From: Octopus sinensis
Lineage: Eukaryota
Length of the DNA stretch: 64,000 bases
Reading direction: 5' to 3'
NCBI RefSeq assembly: GCF_006345805.1
Contig: NC_042997.1
Coordinates: forward strand, 188,480,001-188,544,000
Below are positions 25,748 to 39,042 of the stretch, in pieces. Positions within the stretch are counted from its first letter, which is position 1, and the number at the start of each line of letters is the position of its first letter. The position numbers were made by a program, and so were the translations under genes. The notes beneath the pieces are model-generated. The model made no database searches and was not told the DNA's origin. It saw only the letters and a list, made by a program, of their open reading frames with translations.

Positions 25748-26686
25748 TAAATTCTGGTTTTATTGGCCACAAGGGCTAACATAAATCAAAAAAATATGTA
25801 AGGACAAACACAGGATGAAAAGTACAAAGGGTTTTGCAAAACAGAAAAGTCACAGCGAAAAATATAACAAATAAAACTCCCAATAGGGAGGGGGTGCTTT
25901 GATAGGTTACTTGTGGAAAAACCCATAAAAGCCAAGGGAGCCTGGTCAAAAAGGCGTAGAGAACCCCTTCTTTAATATTACATTTTTTTTCTTCCCCCAG
26001 GTGTAACCTCAGAATTCGTCCCTTCATACTGGCCATTTTACCGACATTCACCCACCTTTCAATAAATTTGCTACAAGACAGCACTTCCCTCTAAACTCTT
26101 GTCTTCCTTTTCAAGTGGAACTTTAAAAAGTTGATGAGGCCTTGGCCAACAAGGAAAGTGTCTGACTTTAGCCCTTTCAAATGGGTCCACCACTAGACAC
26201 TAGGACAAAGGAATATTGCCTTGCCCTCCTGGTTAAAGGAGGTTGGCAGGGCAATCTTCCCTATGGATTCAGCTGATAGCTGGATCCGTCCTACATGCGA
26301 CAATAGCTGCTCAACATAAACCCACAGGTCAGCAATACTTGGGCACTGGACAAGTGCTTGCAGAACGGTTTCGTCGCGCTGAGTGCACCTCGGGCAGGCC
26401 TCGCTGACGGCACTTCCGTGCTGGTAGAGTTTATCTCGAACAGGCAGAGCCCCTCAGTAGCACCGCCAGGCGAGGGACCTTTGGAAGTTATCCATGAGCC
26501 CAGGCCCAAAAGTTCTTACGAACAGACTGTTTAGCTGATAATTGTTGATGCCTAGAGTTTCCCTGAGAATGTCGTTGCACTTTTCCTCCACTAACCCTCT
26601 ATAGAACGCTAGAGTGGAACTACTACCGATTGCATTGCCAGCTTGGTGGAGGGCAGTGAGAGCTTGACGGCACTTGTGGTGCCCAT
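25748..26686 (-). mobile_element. 5'-truncated L1/Tx1-clade LINE (ORF2 C-terminal zf-RVT region plus 3' UTR)
   Basis: Translation FQRSLAWRCY*GALPVRDKLYQHGSAVSEACPRCTQRDETVLQALVQCPSIADLWVYVEQLL fits the zf-RVT pattern; the stop is probably CGA>TGA; ends gtggccaataaaaccagaa. Confidence 0.85.
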
Positions 26687-26699
26687 ATAATAATAAGTA

Positions 26700-27290
26700 A
26701 GTAATTCTAATTTAGGTGTAAGGCCAGCAAGTTCAGAGGAGGAGGTTAGTCAATTACATCAACCTCAGTGCTCAACTGGTACTTATTTTATCAACCCTGA
26801 AAGGATGAAAGGTAAAGTTGATCTCATGAGAATTTGAACTCAACGTAAAGATGGATGAAATGCAGCTAAGAATGCTAATAATTCTGCAAGTTCACCAACT
26901 TAGTAGTAGTAGTAGTAGTAGTAGTAGTAGCAGTAGTAGTAGTTGTTGTTGTTTCAAATTTTGGTACAAGGCCAGCAATTTCAGGGGTTGGTTAAGTCAA
27001 TTACATCAACCTCAAAAGGGTGCAAAGGCAAATTTGAACTCAGGAAATAGAAAAGCTGCTAAGCATTTTGCTGGTTTCAAATTTCAGTACAAGACCAGCA
27101 AGTTCAGGCAAGGGGGTAAGTTGATTACATCAACCCCAGTGCTCAACTAGTACTTATTTTATCGACCCCCCAAAAAGGATGCAAGCCAAATTCAGCCACA
27201 ACAGAATTCAAACTCAGAACAAAAAAGACAAAATTCTGCAAGCATTCTGACTAGTGTGCTAATGGTTCTGCCAGCTTACAAGCTTATAAT
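26700..27290 (-). mobile_element. Stacked family B SINE fragments separated by (TAG)n/(GTT)n
   Basis: Repeated core; (TAG)n at about 26902-26942. Confidence 0.75.
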
Positions 27291-27302
27291 AATGATGATG
27301 CC

Positions 27303-27868
27303 CTAATGTAGTACCAGGCAGTGGCTCTCATGGCTACTGATCTTAACTGATTGGAAGTGTTATCATGTACATTGTTTTGTCTTGGTATAAAAGATGGGTC
27401 ACAGCAAATATTCTGCTCAATACCACAGATTTGCTTGTCAGTTGTTTGACCTTAACCAGTTGAGCATGTCCCTTAGTGGCTGACGATATGTGCATCTCTG
27501 ATCACGAGCAGAAGTAGTAGGGAAGCATCATAGGCATGTGTTGAGAGGAATTCTTTGGGGTTTGGATAATTCACCTCTGGAAACATGGGCGTTTTGATCA
27601 ACATCCTTAAACAACCCTTATTCAGGGACCTTTTGAGTAGGATGGGTTACTCGATCAGAAGAAAATTCTAACTGGGCCCCACCTGCAAGGTCATGGGCTG
27701 TTTATCTTGATATGAGATCACCATGTCGTGCACATATGGTTGTGATGCATGTACCTAGTGTACCCTTATCAGACAGGTAGTCATGATGGGTATACTGGGC
27801 TTCGTATATTTTACCCCAGTGTCACTTTGATGGCATGCGCTGCTCTCTCACTCAATAATAATAATAAT
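27303..27868 (+). mobile_element. Unclassified interspersed repeat ending in (AAT)n
   Basis: GC-richer ~560-bp block with a trinucleotide tail, embedded among SINEs; single copy here, so the repeat status is inferred. Confidence 0.35.
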
Positions 27869-28293
27869 CCTTTCAAGTTGATTACATTGACTTTAGTACT
27901 CAACTGGTACTTATCTTATCAACCTCGAAAGGACGAAAGGCAAAGTCAACCTCAGCAGAATTTGAACTCAGAATGTAAGGATGGATGAAATGCCACTAAG
28001 TACTTTGCTTGACATGCTAACAATTCTGCCAGTTTACTGCCTTAACAACAAAACAGTGATGATGATGATGATGATCCTTTCTACTATAGGCACAAGGCTC
28101 TAAATTTTGGAGGGGGTGGGGGCTAGTTGATTACATTGACACCAGTGCTCAACTGGTACTTATTCTAACAACCCCAAAAGGATGAAAGTCTGAGCTGAAC
28201 TCAGAATGTGAAAACAGACAAAATGCTCCAGTGTGTTGTTGTTGTTGTTGATGATGATGATGATGATAATAACAATATTAATCTTTTCTACAA

Positions 28294-28467
28294 TAGGCAC
28301 AGGAGTGGCTGAGTGGTAAGTAGTTTGCTTACGAACCACATGGTTCCAGGTTCAGTCCCACTGTGTGGCACCTTGGGCAAGTGTCTTCTACTATAGCCTC
28401 AGGCCGACCAAAACCTTGTGAGTGGATTTGGTAGATGGAAACTGAAAGAAGCCTGTTGTATATATGT

Positions 28468-28507
<40 letters not shown>

Positions 28508-28740
28508 TATATATATATGTATGTATATGTTTGTGTATTTGTGTTTGTCCCCCCAACATTGTTTGACAAGCGATGCTGGTGTGTTTATGTCACTGTAACT
28601 TAGTGGTTCGGTAAAAGAGACCAATAGAATAAGTACTAGGCTTACAAAGAATAAGTCCTGGGGCCGATTTGCTCAACTAAAGGTGGTGCTCCAGCATGGC
28701 CAAAGTCACATGACTGAAACAGGTAAAAGAGTAAAGAGTA
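28294..28740 (+). mobile_element. Full-length SINE family C
   Basis: taggcacaggagtggctgagtggtaag head (A/B-box-like), internal (TA)n, (GAGTAAA)n tail. Confidence 0.9.
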
Positions 28741-29325
28741 AGGCCTGAAATTTGTGAGGAAGGGGTAAGTCAATCACATTAACCCCAGTACTTGACTGGT
28801 ACTTAATTTATCGACCTTGAAAGGATGAAAGGCAAAGTCAGCCTTGATGGAATTTGAATTTGGAACATAAAGACGAGCAAAATACCCCTAAGCAATTTGC
28901 CTGGCACAAGGCCAGCATGATCGGGGGAGGAGGCAAGTTGATTACGTCACTTCAGTACTCAACTGGTATTTATCCTATTGACCCCGATTCTGCCAGCTCA
29001 CCACCTTAGTAATAATAATATTAGTTTTCTACATAAAAACGGACATTTGGTTTTTAGAAGTACAAAGTAATTGTTGTGACATTCATTCTTTAGGCAAATG
29101 CCAATGGAGACAGAAAGGTGGGGATTTTAAGCTGAGTTAGAGAGTGAGGTCACCATGAACTTTGTACTGTTCAATTGAATCACTCCTATACAACACTAGT
29201 ATTCATTTCAGTAAAGATACAGGGATTGATAGTAAAAACGGTATGAAAGATAAAGTCAAGCTCAAAAACTGCAAGACAAGTACATATACCAGCACATGGC
29301 AATCAACTTATAAGAGAAAATTATA

Positions 29326-29560
29326 TATTTCTTTACTGCCCACAAGGGGCTAAACATAGAGAGGACAAACAAGGACAGACAAATGGATTAAGTCGATTAC
29401 ATCGACCCTAGTGCATAACTGGTACTTTATTTATCGACCCCGAAAGGATGAATGGCAAAGTCGACCTCGGCGGAATTTGAACTCAGAACATGACAGCAGA
29501 CGAAATACAGCTACGCATTTCGCCCAGCGTGCTAACATTTCTGCCAGCTCACCACCTTCA
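29326..29560 (-). mobile_element. SINE family B, tail A, with a 14-bp TSD
   Basis: TSD aagagaaaattata at 29312-29325 and 29561-29574. Confidence 0.9.
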
Positions 29561-30651
29561 AAGAGAAAATTATAGTCAACTGAATTGCATATTACTTGTA
29601 TTTTGTCAAAGCCAAACAGAAGAAATGTAGAATCAACTCAAGGAATTTGAACTTGGGATCAGAGGATGAAACTAAATAATTAGCAATTCATTTAATCCAA
29701 TGTTCTTGAGGTTTTAGATGTGATTCAAAACATTGCCATTAACTCCTCCAGGTTCAGAAAAAGAAAAAATTTGAGCTCAACACAGCTTGCTAAAGAAATA
29801 CTCTTTGGTTATATATTATCTTATTCCACTCACAACAACCAAGAGTGGCATGACTCACACTGTGAAGTATATCTCTCATTGGTTGTTTTTATCAGGGACA
29901 CAGCAGAGTGCTGTGCTGCGATATGAACTGTTGACTCTGTGGCCAATAGACCGATACACTAATGACTAATCAATCAACTAGGTCTTTTTCCCCTAATTAA
30001 AACTCAATGTTGAAAGTAGCTATCATTAAAAGTTACATTGACATTGAAGGTCGGGAAGAGTTACAGTCACTGACAAGAGACTTCTTTCAGGGTTATTAGT
30101 TATTGATGTGAGCAGTTATGGATTATGTTTCAGTCATTAATGGTTGGCAGAGAAGTCATCAAGGGTCACAGTCATTGGATACTGAGGTCATTTATGATTA
30201 CCAACAACAATCATATCAGTGTAGTTGCTCTCAATGTTGATAATGATATGATCAGTGAAGGCTAATATTTATATCTGTTAAGAGTTATTAGGAAAGATGA
30301 GTGTTCTATATCTTTGGATTACAAGTCATTGGTAAAGCCATATAAAGCTGGATTTATAAAACCATTTATGGGACACATATATGCATAATATCACTGATTG
30401 TGATGACATATTTCAGCAAAGCTTCAGTCTGCATATGAGTTAGTATTGCAAAGGCCATGATAGAAGCTGTTGCCCTGTCAATTCACCGTCACTAATTCTA
30501 TTATCACCGTACCAAATTGAACTCAGTATCAACAAAGTGCAAAATAATTTTATGTTTAGAAAGTACCACGGCATATAGAATATATTATGCATGCTAAAGC
30601 TATCAGAAAGGGAATAAATATTATAATTTCCTGTTTTCCTTCTTTTTGCAG

Positions 30652-30691
30652 CTCATCAAAACAAATGTATATTGTCTGGACAGCAAAAGTG
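30652..30691 (+). other. Candidate 40-nt plus-strand exon
   Basis: cctgttttccttctttttgcag| acceptor and GTG|gtaaca donor; all three frames open. Confidence 0.2.
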
Positions 30692-30852
30692 GTAACAGCC
30701 AAAGAACGGAAGTGAGATGAAAGTGAATCAATTCCACTGCATGGCTTTTGGTTTCTACTGGAACAGCTTCCCTTGCTTACGAAATGCATGAATCTCACAA
30801 CACATTAATTCCGCCACTTATACTAACAAATATTCTATTGAACAAAGATATA

Positions 30853-31367
30853 CCATAAATCCTTGAGTATAGTCTGCCCTTGAGTATAATATGCAGGGGA
30901 TTTTTAGGGGGCTGTACCTCTGAAAAACCTAAACCTTGTGTATACTACGCACCCCTTCTCTAACTTGAGTCAAGGAGGTCTATATAACGTCCTTGGTTTG
31001 TAAAAATGTACATGGCAATGTCTTTTATTATTATTATTGTATATATAACATAATGCAAACGTGGAGCTTTTTTGAGCATTTTGTTTGCAGAAAATAAAGA
31101 AATAACCGTAATAACGTTTAATAACTGTTGTTTACTGCAAGTTATGGATGATCCTTTTATGACTTCATTGCTTTTAGGCTTAGCTTAAGGTATTTTCATG
31201 CCCGCCATCACAAAATGCGTCTGAATAAACATAGCCAGACAGCAAATAGAAATTCGGACACTGCTTAGAAAATAATTTTAATTTTTAATCTCGTATATAG
31301 TATGCACTAGGGATTTTGACCTTTAAATTTTGGGGAAAAAATGCAGATTATACTCGAGGATTTACGG
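30853..31367 (+). mobile_element. Tc1/mariner (pogo/Tigger-like) MITE
   Basis: ~25-bp TIRs ccataaatccttgagtatagtctgc / gcagattatactcgaggatttacgg; TA on both flanks. Confidence 0.85.
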
Positions 31368-32499
31368 TAAATGTAATGAGCATGAGAGGTATGTTGAATC
31401 CCAAATGACCTGATTTGGACTTGGGATAATTAGTTGAATCTTAGTATATGACAATGTTTGAGAGGGTAAAATGTAGAACACCTGTAAATCAATAATTTCA
31501 ATGTAATTTAATAATTACCTAGATTATAACTGAAGAAATACGCACAGACATTCACATATCGATGTTAATCTCAAAACCATAACACTTTGTTGTTGCTATA
31601 GTTTCAATATCGTTTGCTCAGTCATCACAACTCTTTTAAAATGTTACGCTTGGTCCTACCTGTATGTATATGCTCTACTTACATAGCGTGCATAATCTGC
31701 AACTTCAGAAATAATAACTGCATTGTTATGCAGGCACAAAACTTGCAATTTTCGAGGAATTGGAAATAGACAGAAGTGTTAATTATCTCCAACTAGATGA
31801 AGTGAAATAGAAGCAGATGGCTATTGAAATACAGTGCTGATAATACATTATCTCTCAACCTTCTCCTCCAAGGAAGCACTCCAATGCATACCTCAAAAAG
31901 AAATTTGATTGAAAAAATTTAGATCTATACAGAAATAAAACACCCTGGAGATTTTATACACATGCGTGCACATGTGCATGCACACACACACACACACGTG
32001 TAGGGGATGGTCACATATAAATGTGAATAATTGTGAGACAATGAGCATGCCTCTGCATGGTTGCTTGGCTGAATAGAAATAACAACAAAACCTCCCTTGA
32101 AATCATACCCTACTACCTTAAAGAAAGGATGGAATATTGGATAATATACCACTAGATACACTACGTCTGAATAAAAGACTGGATGGTCATGGCTAGAATG
32201 CTCTACTTAGTCTGAAACAATGTGAAGCTGAACAACAGGCAGCTACTAAGAATTTACAGCAATGTAAAAAGATTATTCACTTAATTAGGGGGTGGAGCAG
32301 AGATTGCTATTATTCTAAGAGTTATCTTTCTTGACATAAAATAACTAGCACTATATACTATATCTGTTGAATAAAAAGAAGAAGAAAAAAAAACATTAGT
32401 CTGTAGGTTAAAGATTTAATATAACTGCTGAAAGCATCCAGTGTTGTTTAAAATGTCTAATAGATAAGAAGAAGCTAAATCTAGTTTCCATGGATATGG

Positions 32500-32740
32500 T
32501 GTGAATAAAAGTATCGTTTTGCCATTATGGAAAGCATATGTGTGTATAAAAGCAAGTTGTATCATGTATGAAGGCTAGAGGTAATGAAATAACAATGATC
32601 TAATGGATGTGCAATAGACAGAGTTTAAAGATGAGCTAAAATGGTAGAATGAATGTGATGAGGAGAGCACTGAAAATTATGTGGAAAGAATAAAGAATAT
32701 AATGGTAAAGGTGACATCTGAGGAGATGGCTGGTTGAAAA
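32500..32740 (+). mobile_element. Highly decayed RTE LINE ORF 3' fragment
   Basis: Remnants MI*WMCN and LKW*N..MRRALKIMW / ENYVER resemble the RTE pattern MIRWMC...LRWYGHVMR. Confidence 0.45.
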
Positions 32741-33233
32741 ATGAGTAACTTTTAAAGAGAAACCATTTAACAGAATTGTTAAGCACCCATTAAATAGACA
32801 AACCAATCCAAAAATGTAGATCTAATGGGGAAAATGGATAAGAATAAATAATTTGCTCTCCACACAATTTGTAGGGCGATAAGCTAACTTTAATTTTCGT
32901 AAACATCATTCCCCCTTCTCTGTCATTGTGTGTGTGTGTGTGTATATATACACACACACACACACACACAAACATATATATATATATAATATACACACAC
33001 ACATTTCAGACATCGGCTCTCTGAATGTAAAACTTAAGCCAAGAGCATTATACATCCAAAATTTCATCCAAAATTTAATATTATATTGAAAGTCAGGTAG
33101 TGGCTATTATGATATTAATGGAAATATTTACCCCTCAAAGACAGATATTATTTATGTAAGAGTGTTCAATAAATTTGTTCATAATAGAAACTCAAAACTC
33201 AGTTTTGTAATGAATTAACATATAATGTAAACA

Positions 33234-33639
33234 TAGGCGTAGGAGTGGCTGTGTGGTAAGTAGCTTGCTTACCAACCACATGGTTCTGGGTTCAGTCCCA
33301 CTGCATGGCACCTTGGGCAAGTGTCTTCTACTATAGCCTTGGGCCGACCAAAGCCTTGTGAGTGGATTTGGTAGATGGAAACTGAAAGAAGTCCGTCATA
33401 TATATGTGTATATGTGTGTGTGTGTTTGTATTTGTTCCCTCAACATCGCTTGACAACCGATGCTGGTGTGTTTACATCCCTGTAACTTAGCAGTTTGGCA
33501 AAAGAGACCGATACAATAAGTACTAGGCTTGCAAAGAATAAGTCCTAGGGTCAATTTGCTCGACTAAAGGCAGTGCTCCAGCATGGCCACAGTCAAATGA
33601 CTGAAACAAGTAAAAGAGTAAAAAGAGAGTAAAGAGTAA
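33234..33639 (+). mobile_element. Full-length SINE family C
   Basis: Head, internal microsatellite and tail as at 37556. Confidence 0.9.
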
Positions 33640-33656
33640 TAAAACACATGAAACTG

Positions 33657-33687
<31 letters not shown>

Positions 33688-34355
33688 TAAGTGTGTGTTT
33701 GTGTATGTGGTGTGTGTGCATGCACGCGCATGTGTAAAGTGAACTGGTGAGGGTTGTTGGAGCAGTGGGCTGAATGTCTCTTGATCTGCACCCAGTTCAA
33801 ATCCAGCCAAGGTCAACTTTGCCTTTCATCCTCTTGAGGTCAATAAAAAAAGTATCAAGTAAGGCCAGTAGATTGGCAAAACTATTACAAGAACAGGCAA
33901 GATGCCTGTTCCGGCCATTTGTGTTCTAAATAGGTAACTCTACAATGGCAGTGTTACTAAGGGATATCAGCTCAAGACAGCTGTCTTTATCTTGGTTAAA
34001 CATCCAAGTTGTGGAGAAGGGAGACTTGTATGCATGGACAACTGCTGGCCTTCCTCCCAAAAATCTTGCCCTGACCTGTGCATACATGGACAAACAAGAT
34101 TGGTCATGCATCTGCATGTGTGTGTGTACACATACACACACACACGGTTGGAAAACAAGCTTCTTAATCATACAGCCATGCCAACCTGTATGTATATATA
34201 CATGTAACATAGCTGTGTAGTTAAGAAGCTTATTTCCTAACCACTTGGTTCCAGGTTCAGTCCACTGTGTGGCCCCTTGGGCAAGTGTCTTCTACTATAG
34301 CCTAAGGCCAATAGAAGCCATGTGAGATGATTTGGTAGACAGAAGCTCAAAGAAG

Positions 34356-34586
34356 GCAGCGAGCTGGCAGAAACATTAGCATGCCGGGCAAAATGCTTAG
34401 CGGTATTTCGTCTGCTGTTACATTCTGAGTTCAAATTCCACCGAGGTCAACTTTGCTTTTCATCCTTTCGGAGTCAATAACTTAAGTACCAGTTACCCAC
34501 TGGGATCAATGTAATCGACTTAATCCCTTTGTCTGTCCTTGTTTGTCCCCCTCTATGTTTAACCCCTTGAGGGCAATAAATAAATA
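34356..34586 (+). mobile_element. SINE family B, tail A, nested in a family C SINE, with a 15-bp TSD
   Basis: TSD agaagctcaaagaag at 34341-34355 and 34587-34601. Confidence 0.9.
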
Positions 34587-34607
34587 AGAAGCTCAAAGAA
34601 GCCCTTT

Positions 34608-34657
<50 letters not shown>

Positions 34658-35181
34658 TTAATTGGTGTCTCCTTGTCTTGATATCGCATGATTGATTATG
34701 TGAGTGTCACTGTTTTATGAGTAGTGTCCTTCGTTTCCACACTTCCATGAAAACATGAGTTGGCAGTAGGAAGGGCATGCAGTCATAGAAAATCTGCCTT
34801 GACAAATTCCATCCAACCTATGCAAGCATGGAAAAGTGGATGTTAAAATGGTGATGATGGTGAAGTGTGCATGGGTGTGTGCATGCACAACAGCCATCAC
34901 TCACATGTACCATGCTTTTGCTAATTGTTTTGGGTGACAATGTAGTCAGGAGCAGATATAAACACCCTCTTCACTCCACCACATGTGACCAAGTCAAACA
35001 TCAAAAAGTGGCAGCTGAAGGGAGACGGGGATGCAACAAGCAGTCATCTGATATTTGTTTTACAGCTGAATGAACTGAAGCAACATGAAACAAAAGTATT
35101 AGTCCAGGGATCAAACCCACAACCTTGTTTGTGATCATGATCCCAACACTCCAAATATTAAGTCATGCAACCTCTCTCTCT

Positions 35182-35222
<41 letters not shown>

Positions 35223-35886
35223 ATTAGTTTCAGTCACTGGGCTGTGATCATGCTAGGGCAAAGCATTCAGAGTTTTTGGCCAATCATGTTGATTCTAGTA
35301 CTTTTTTTTATACAAAGTGGCTAAGATAATTTTCTAAACTTAACCCTTCCTTCTTTGCTTTTATATTATTATACTGCCAGTGTGTGTCAAATATATGAGC
35401 ACACACTGTTGCTAACACTGCCATTCACCACCGTCAATGATATTGTCTGCTATTTCCATGCAAGCAGAGGGCTGAATAAGATTTATTAAGGCAATATTCT
35501 ATGGTTGGATACCCTACCTGTTGCCAACTCTTACCTGTCTTTATTTATTATATTTTTTTTAGTAAAGTGTTTATATCCCACTGGTCATTAATACACTAAA
35601 ATTAAAGAAATCACAAGGCAATAGGCCATATTGTTTATGGGAGACACAAATATAATAACAACACTATCACCTAAGTAGTGTCCAAGTGAAGACACTCAGA
35701 AATAAAATCTCATGCACATAAATACGTGTGTGCACACATGCACAAACATATACATATTTACATACATACACACATGTACATACTTACACACACACACACA
35801 CTGCATGTATGTATGCATTTATTTATTTTATTCAATTATGTGTGCACACACATGCATGCATACATAAATATATAGATATGCATACC

Positions 35887-36106
35887 TATTTCTTTATTAC
35901 CCATAAGGGGCTAAACACAGAGGGGACAAACAAGGACAGACATAGGTATTAAGTTGATTACGTCGACCCCAGTGCGTAACTGGTACTTAATTTATCGACC
36001 CCGTAAAGATGAAAGGCAAAGTCGACCTCGGCGGAATTTGAACTCACAATGTTAACGGCAGACGATATACCGCTAAGCATTTCGCCTGGCGTACTAACGT
36101 TTCTGC
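35887..36106 (-). mobile_element. SINE family B, tail A, with a 19-bp TSD
   Basis: TSD atatatagatatgcatacc at 35868-35886 and 36107-36125. Confidence 0.9.
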
Positions 36107-37094
36107 ATATATAGATATGCATACCAGCCATCACTCACATGTAGCATCTGTTTATTAATTGCTTTAGGTGCCCATCTTGCTCTCTTCGACCTTGCACTTG
36201 AGACCCAGCAATCATCTGGTACTTGTTTTTCAGTGTGTGTGTGTGTGTGTTTGTTTATCTAGCTATCTAATATGCATTAGACAGAAAGACAGATGTGTGT
36301 GTGTATATATGTGCATGCATGTGCAGGGGAGAAAGAGAGGCCATGTAAATATAATTGCATGTGTGGGGGGTAATGCACACACACACACGCGCAAGTAAAC
36401 ACACCATACACATGTAGACAGATAGCTAGATATGTATATATGTACATATCTATTTACTCTCTTCCCTTCAATCTCTGTCTCCCACTATTTATGCACACGT
36501 GCAAATATGTATACACACACTCACACACATACATGTGTGTGTATATATATATATATCATCGTTTAACGCCTGTTTTCCGTGCTAATATATATATATATAT
36601 ATACGTATATATATATACACACACGTATGTATAAATACACACACACATGCGCACACACATACACATATATCTAGATGTTCATGCACATAGGGATGCATGC
36701 ACACACACAAATTTGAGTTTGTGTGTCCACATTTTATTGAGAAACTACCATATATATTAATATTTGCCATCTCACGGGGGAGTTTTATATGATATTTATT
36801 TTGATATATAAAGCAGTAAAGTAACGTGTTTGATTTCAATTTTTAAAATTTTTGTATTCCAATCAGAAAATCCAAAAATTTTCTATTCCACTTATCTCCC
36901 TTCTTCTACTCTCTTCCACTTGAATGAATTCATTGTTGATTTTTCATTACTGATCAAAAAAATATTTTTTACTTAAGTGGAAACCGAATTTCAAAAGAAA
37001 ATTTTTGGTAGCTGCTGATTTGTTGGGTGTTAAATAAGATTTCAGAAATGTATGTTCAAGGTTATACATCTTTTACCTTATCAGTTTTTATCTT

Positions 37095-37478
37095 TCATTT
37101 GTTTGAGTTATTGAGCAGTGGCCATGCTGGAGCATCACCTTAATGAGTTTTAGTCAAATAAATCAACCCCAGCACTTTTCTTTTCTAATCCTGGTACTTA
37201 TTCTATTAGTCTTTTGCTGAACTGCAAAGTTACAGGGATGTAAATGAACCAACAACAGTTGTCAAGTGGTAGTGGGGGAACAAACACACACACACACACA
37301 CGTTTGTGCACGTGATAGGCTTCTTTCAGTTTCTGTCAACCAAATCCGCTCACAAGTCTTTGATTGGCCTGGGGCTCTAGTAGAAGACACTTGCATAAGG
37401 TGCCACGCAGAGGGATTAATCCTGGAACCATGTTGCTGGGGAGCAAACTTCTTAACAAACAGCCAAGATTGTGCCTAC
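37095..37478 (-). mobile_element. SINE family C (older copy)
   Basis: Reverse complement aligns to 37556-37953. Confidence 0.85.
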
Positions 37479-37555
37479 AGAAATATAGTGATGAAGGATT
37501 AATATAATATCGGACTCAAATTACCTAGCTGGGTGTATTTATAAAGATTTAACCA

Positions 37556-37953
37556 TAGGCGCAGGAGTGGCTGTGTGGTAAGTAGCCTGCTTACTAACCA
37601 CATGGTTCCGGGTTCAGTCCCACTGCGTGGCACCTTGGGCAAGTATCTTCTACTATTGCCTCGGGCTGACCAAAACCTTGTGAGTGGATTTGGTAGACGG
37701 AAACTGAAAGAAGCCCGTCGTATATATGTATATGTATATATGTGTTTGTGTGTCTGTGTTTGTCCCCGACCATCACTTGACAACTGATGCTGATCTGTTT
37801 ACATCCTCATAACTTAGCGGTTCGGCAAGAGAGACCGATAGAATAAGTACTAGGCTTGCAAAGAATAAGTCCTGGGGTCGATTTGCTCGACTAAAGGTGG
37901 TGCTCCAGCATGGCCGCAGTCAAATGACTGAAACAAGTAAAAGAGTAAAGAGT
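37556..37953 (+). mobile_element. Full-length, young SINE family C
   Basis: taggcgcaggagtggctgtgtggtaag...ggttccgggttcagtcccactgcgtggcaccttgggcaag; (GAGTAAA) tail. Confidence 0.9.
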
Positions 37954-38730
37954 ATCAGTCTAATACATCTATTGCTACCGCTGAGAAAGTATCTTCTACT
38001 CTAGCCCCACCCCCCCGTGTGTGTGCATGCATGTGCACATGTGGGAGCAAGTAAGAGCGTGTGTGCAAGCAAATGCATCTGTGCTATGCTTGTCTCCCAC
38101 TACTGCTTGGCAAACATTGTGAGTTTGTTTATGTCCCTGTAACTTAGCAATTTAGCAAAAGAGACTGATAGAATAAGTTACAAACTTAAAAAGATAAGTA
38201 TTGGGGTTGATTTGTTTGACTAAGCCCTTCAACATGGTTGGTGCCCCTAGCATGACCGCAGCCCAAGTAAAAGATAACATACTGAACTACATAAACAGTT
38301 CATCGTAGTAATATTATTGGGTGAACTTAAGGTGGCGAGCTGGCAGAATCATTGATATCTTCATCATCATCATCGTTTAACGTCCGCTTTCCATGCTAGC
38401 ATGGGTTGGACGGTTCAACTGGGTTCTGGGAAGCCAGAAGGCTGCACCAGGTCCAGTCTGATCTGGCAGTGCCAGGCAAAATGCTTAGCAGCATTTCGTC
38501 CATCTTCATGTACAGAGTTCAAATTCCACCAAGGTCAATTTTGCCTTTCATCCTTCTGGGTTCATAAAGTAAGTACCAGTTGAGAAATGAGGTCGATGCA
38601 ATCAACTTAACTCCTCTCTCTCAATTGCTGGTCCAGTGGCAAAATTTGAAATCAGTACTATCGGGTGACTTCTAAAATATTTAACAGTGGACTTCATCTT
38701 AGATATGCCTCCATATATATAATATATATA

Positions 38731-39042
38731 TCACTGTGATCACCATGACCGACCAGGCTATCAGATGTTGCTACACATCGCTGGTCACAATGCGCTTCGC
38801 ATTGTTTTAGCCTTCGAATGACACCACCCCGCTGGCTAAGTGAGCAGGCCAATAGAAGAAAGAGTGAGAGAAAGTTGTCGGGAAAGAGTACAGCAGGGAT
38901 TGCCACCGCCCCCTGCCAGAGCCTCGTGGAGCTTTAGGTGTTTTCGCTCAATAAACACTCATAACGCCCGGTCTGGGAATCGAAACCGTGATCCTACAAC
39001 TGTGAGTCCGCTGCCCTAACTACTGGGCCATTGCGCCTCCAC
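38731..39042 (-). mobile_element. tRNA-headed SINE
   Basis: Minus-strand head gtggaggcgcaatggcccagtagttagggcagcggactc...ggtttcgattccc with A and B boxes. Confidence 0.8.

Noticed and set aside
26291-26509. 72-aa ORF in the track (MGLGSWITSK...)
   Set aside because: Wrong frame; the meaningful frame is the interrupted L1/Tx1 zf-RVT one.
24716-29574. Regularly recurring repeat core resembling a CRISPR or satellite array
   Set aside because: Units are diverged, variably truncated SINEs with irregular spacing; no cas genes; eukaryotic context.
37556-37640. tRNA genes at SINE heads (also 28294, 33234, 39042, 55784, 62006)
   Set aside because: They have A/B-box-like motifs but no complete cloverleaf and continue into SINE bodies.
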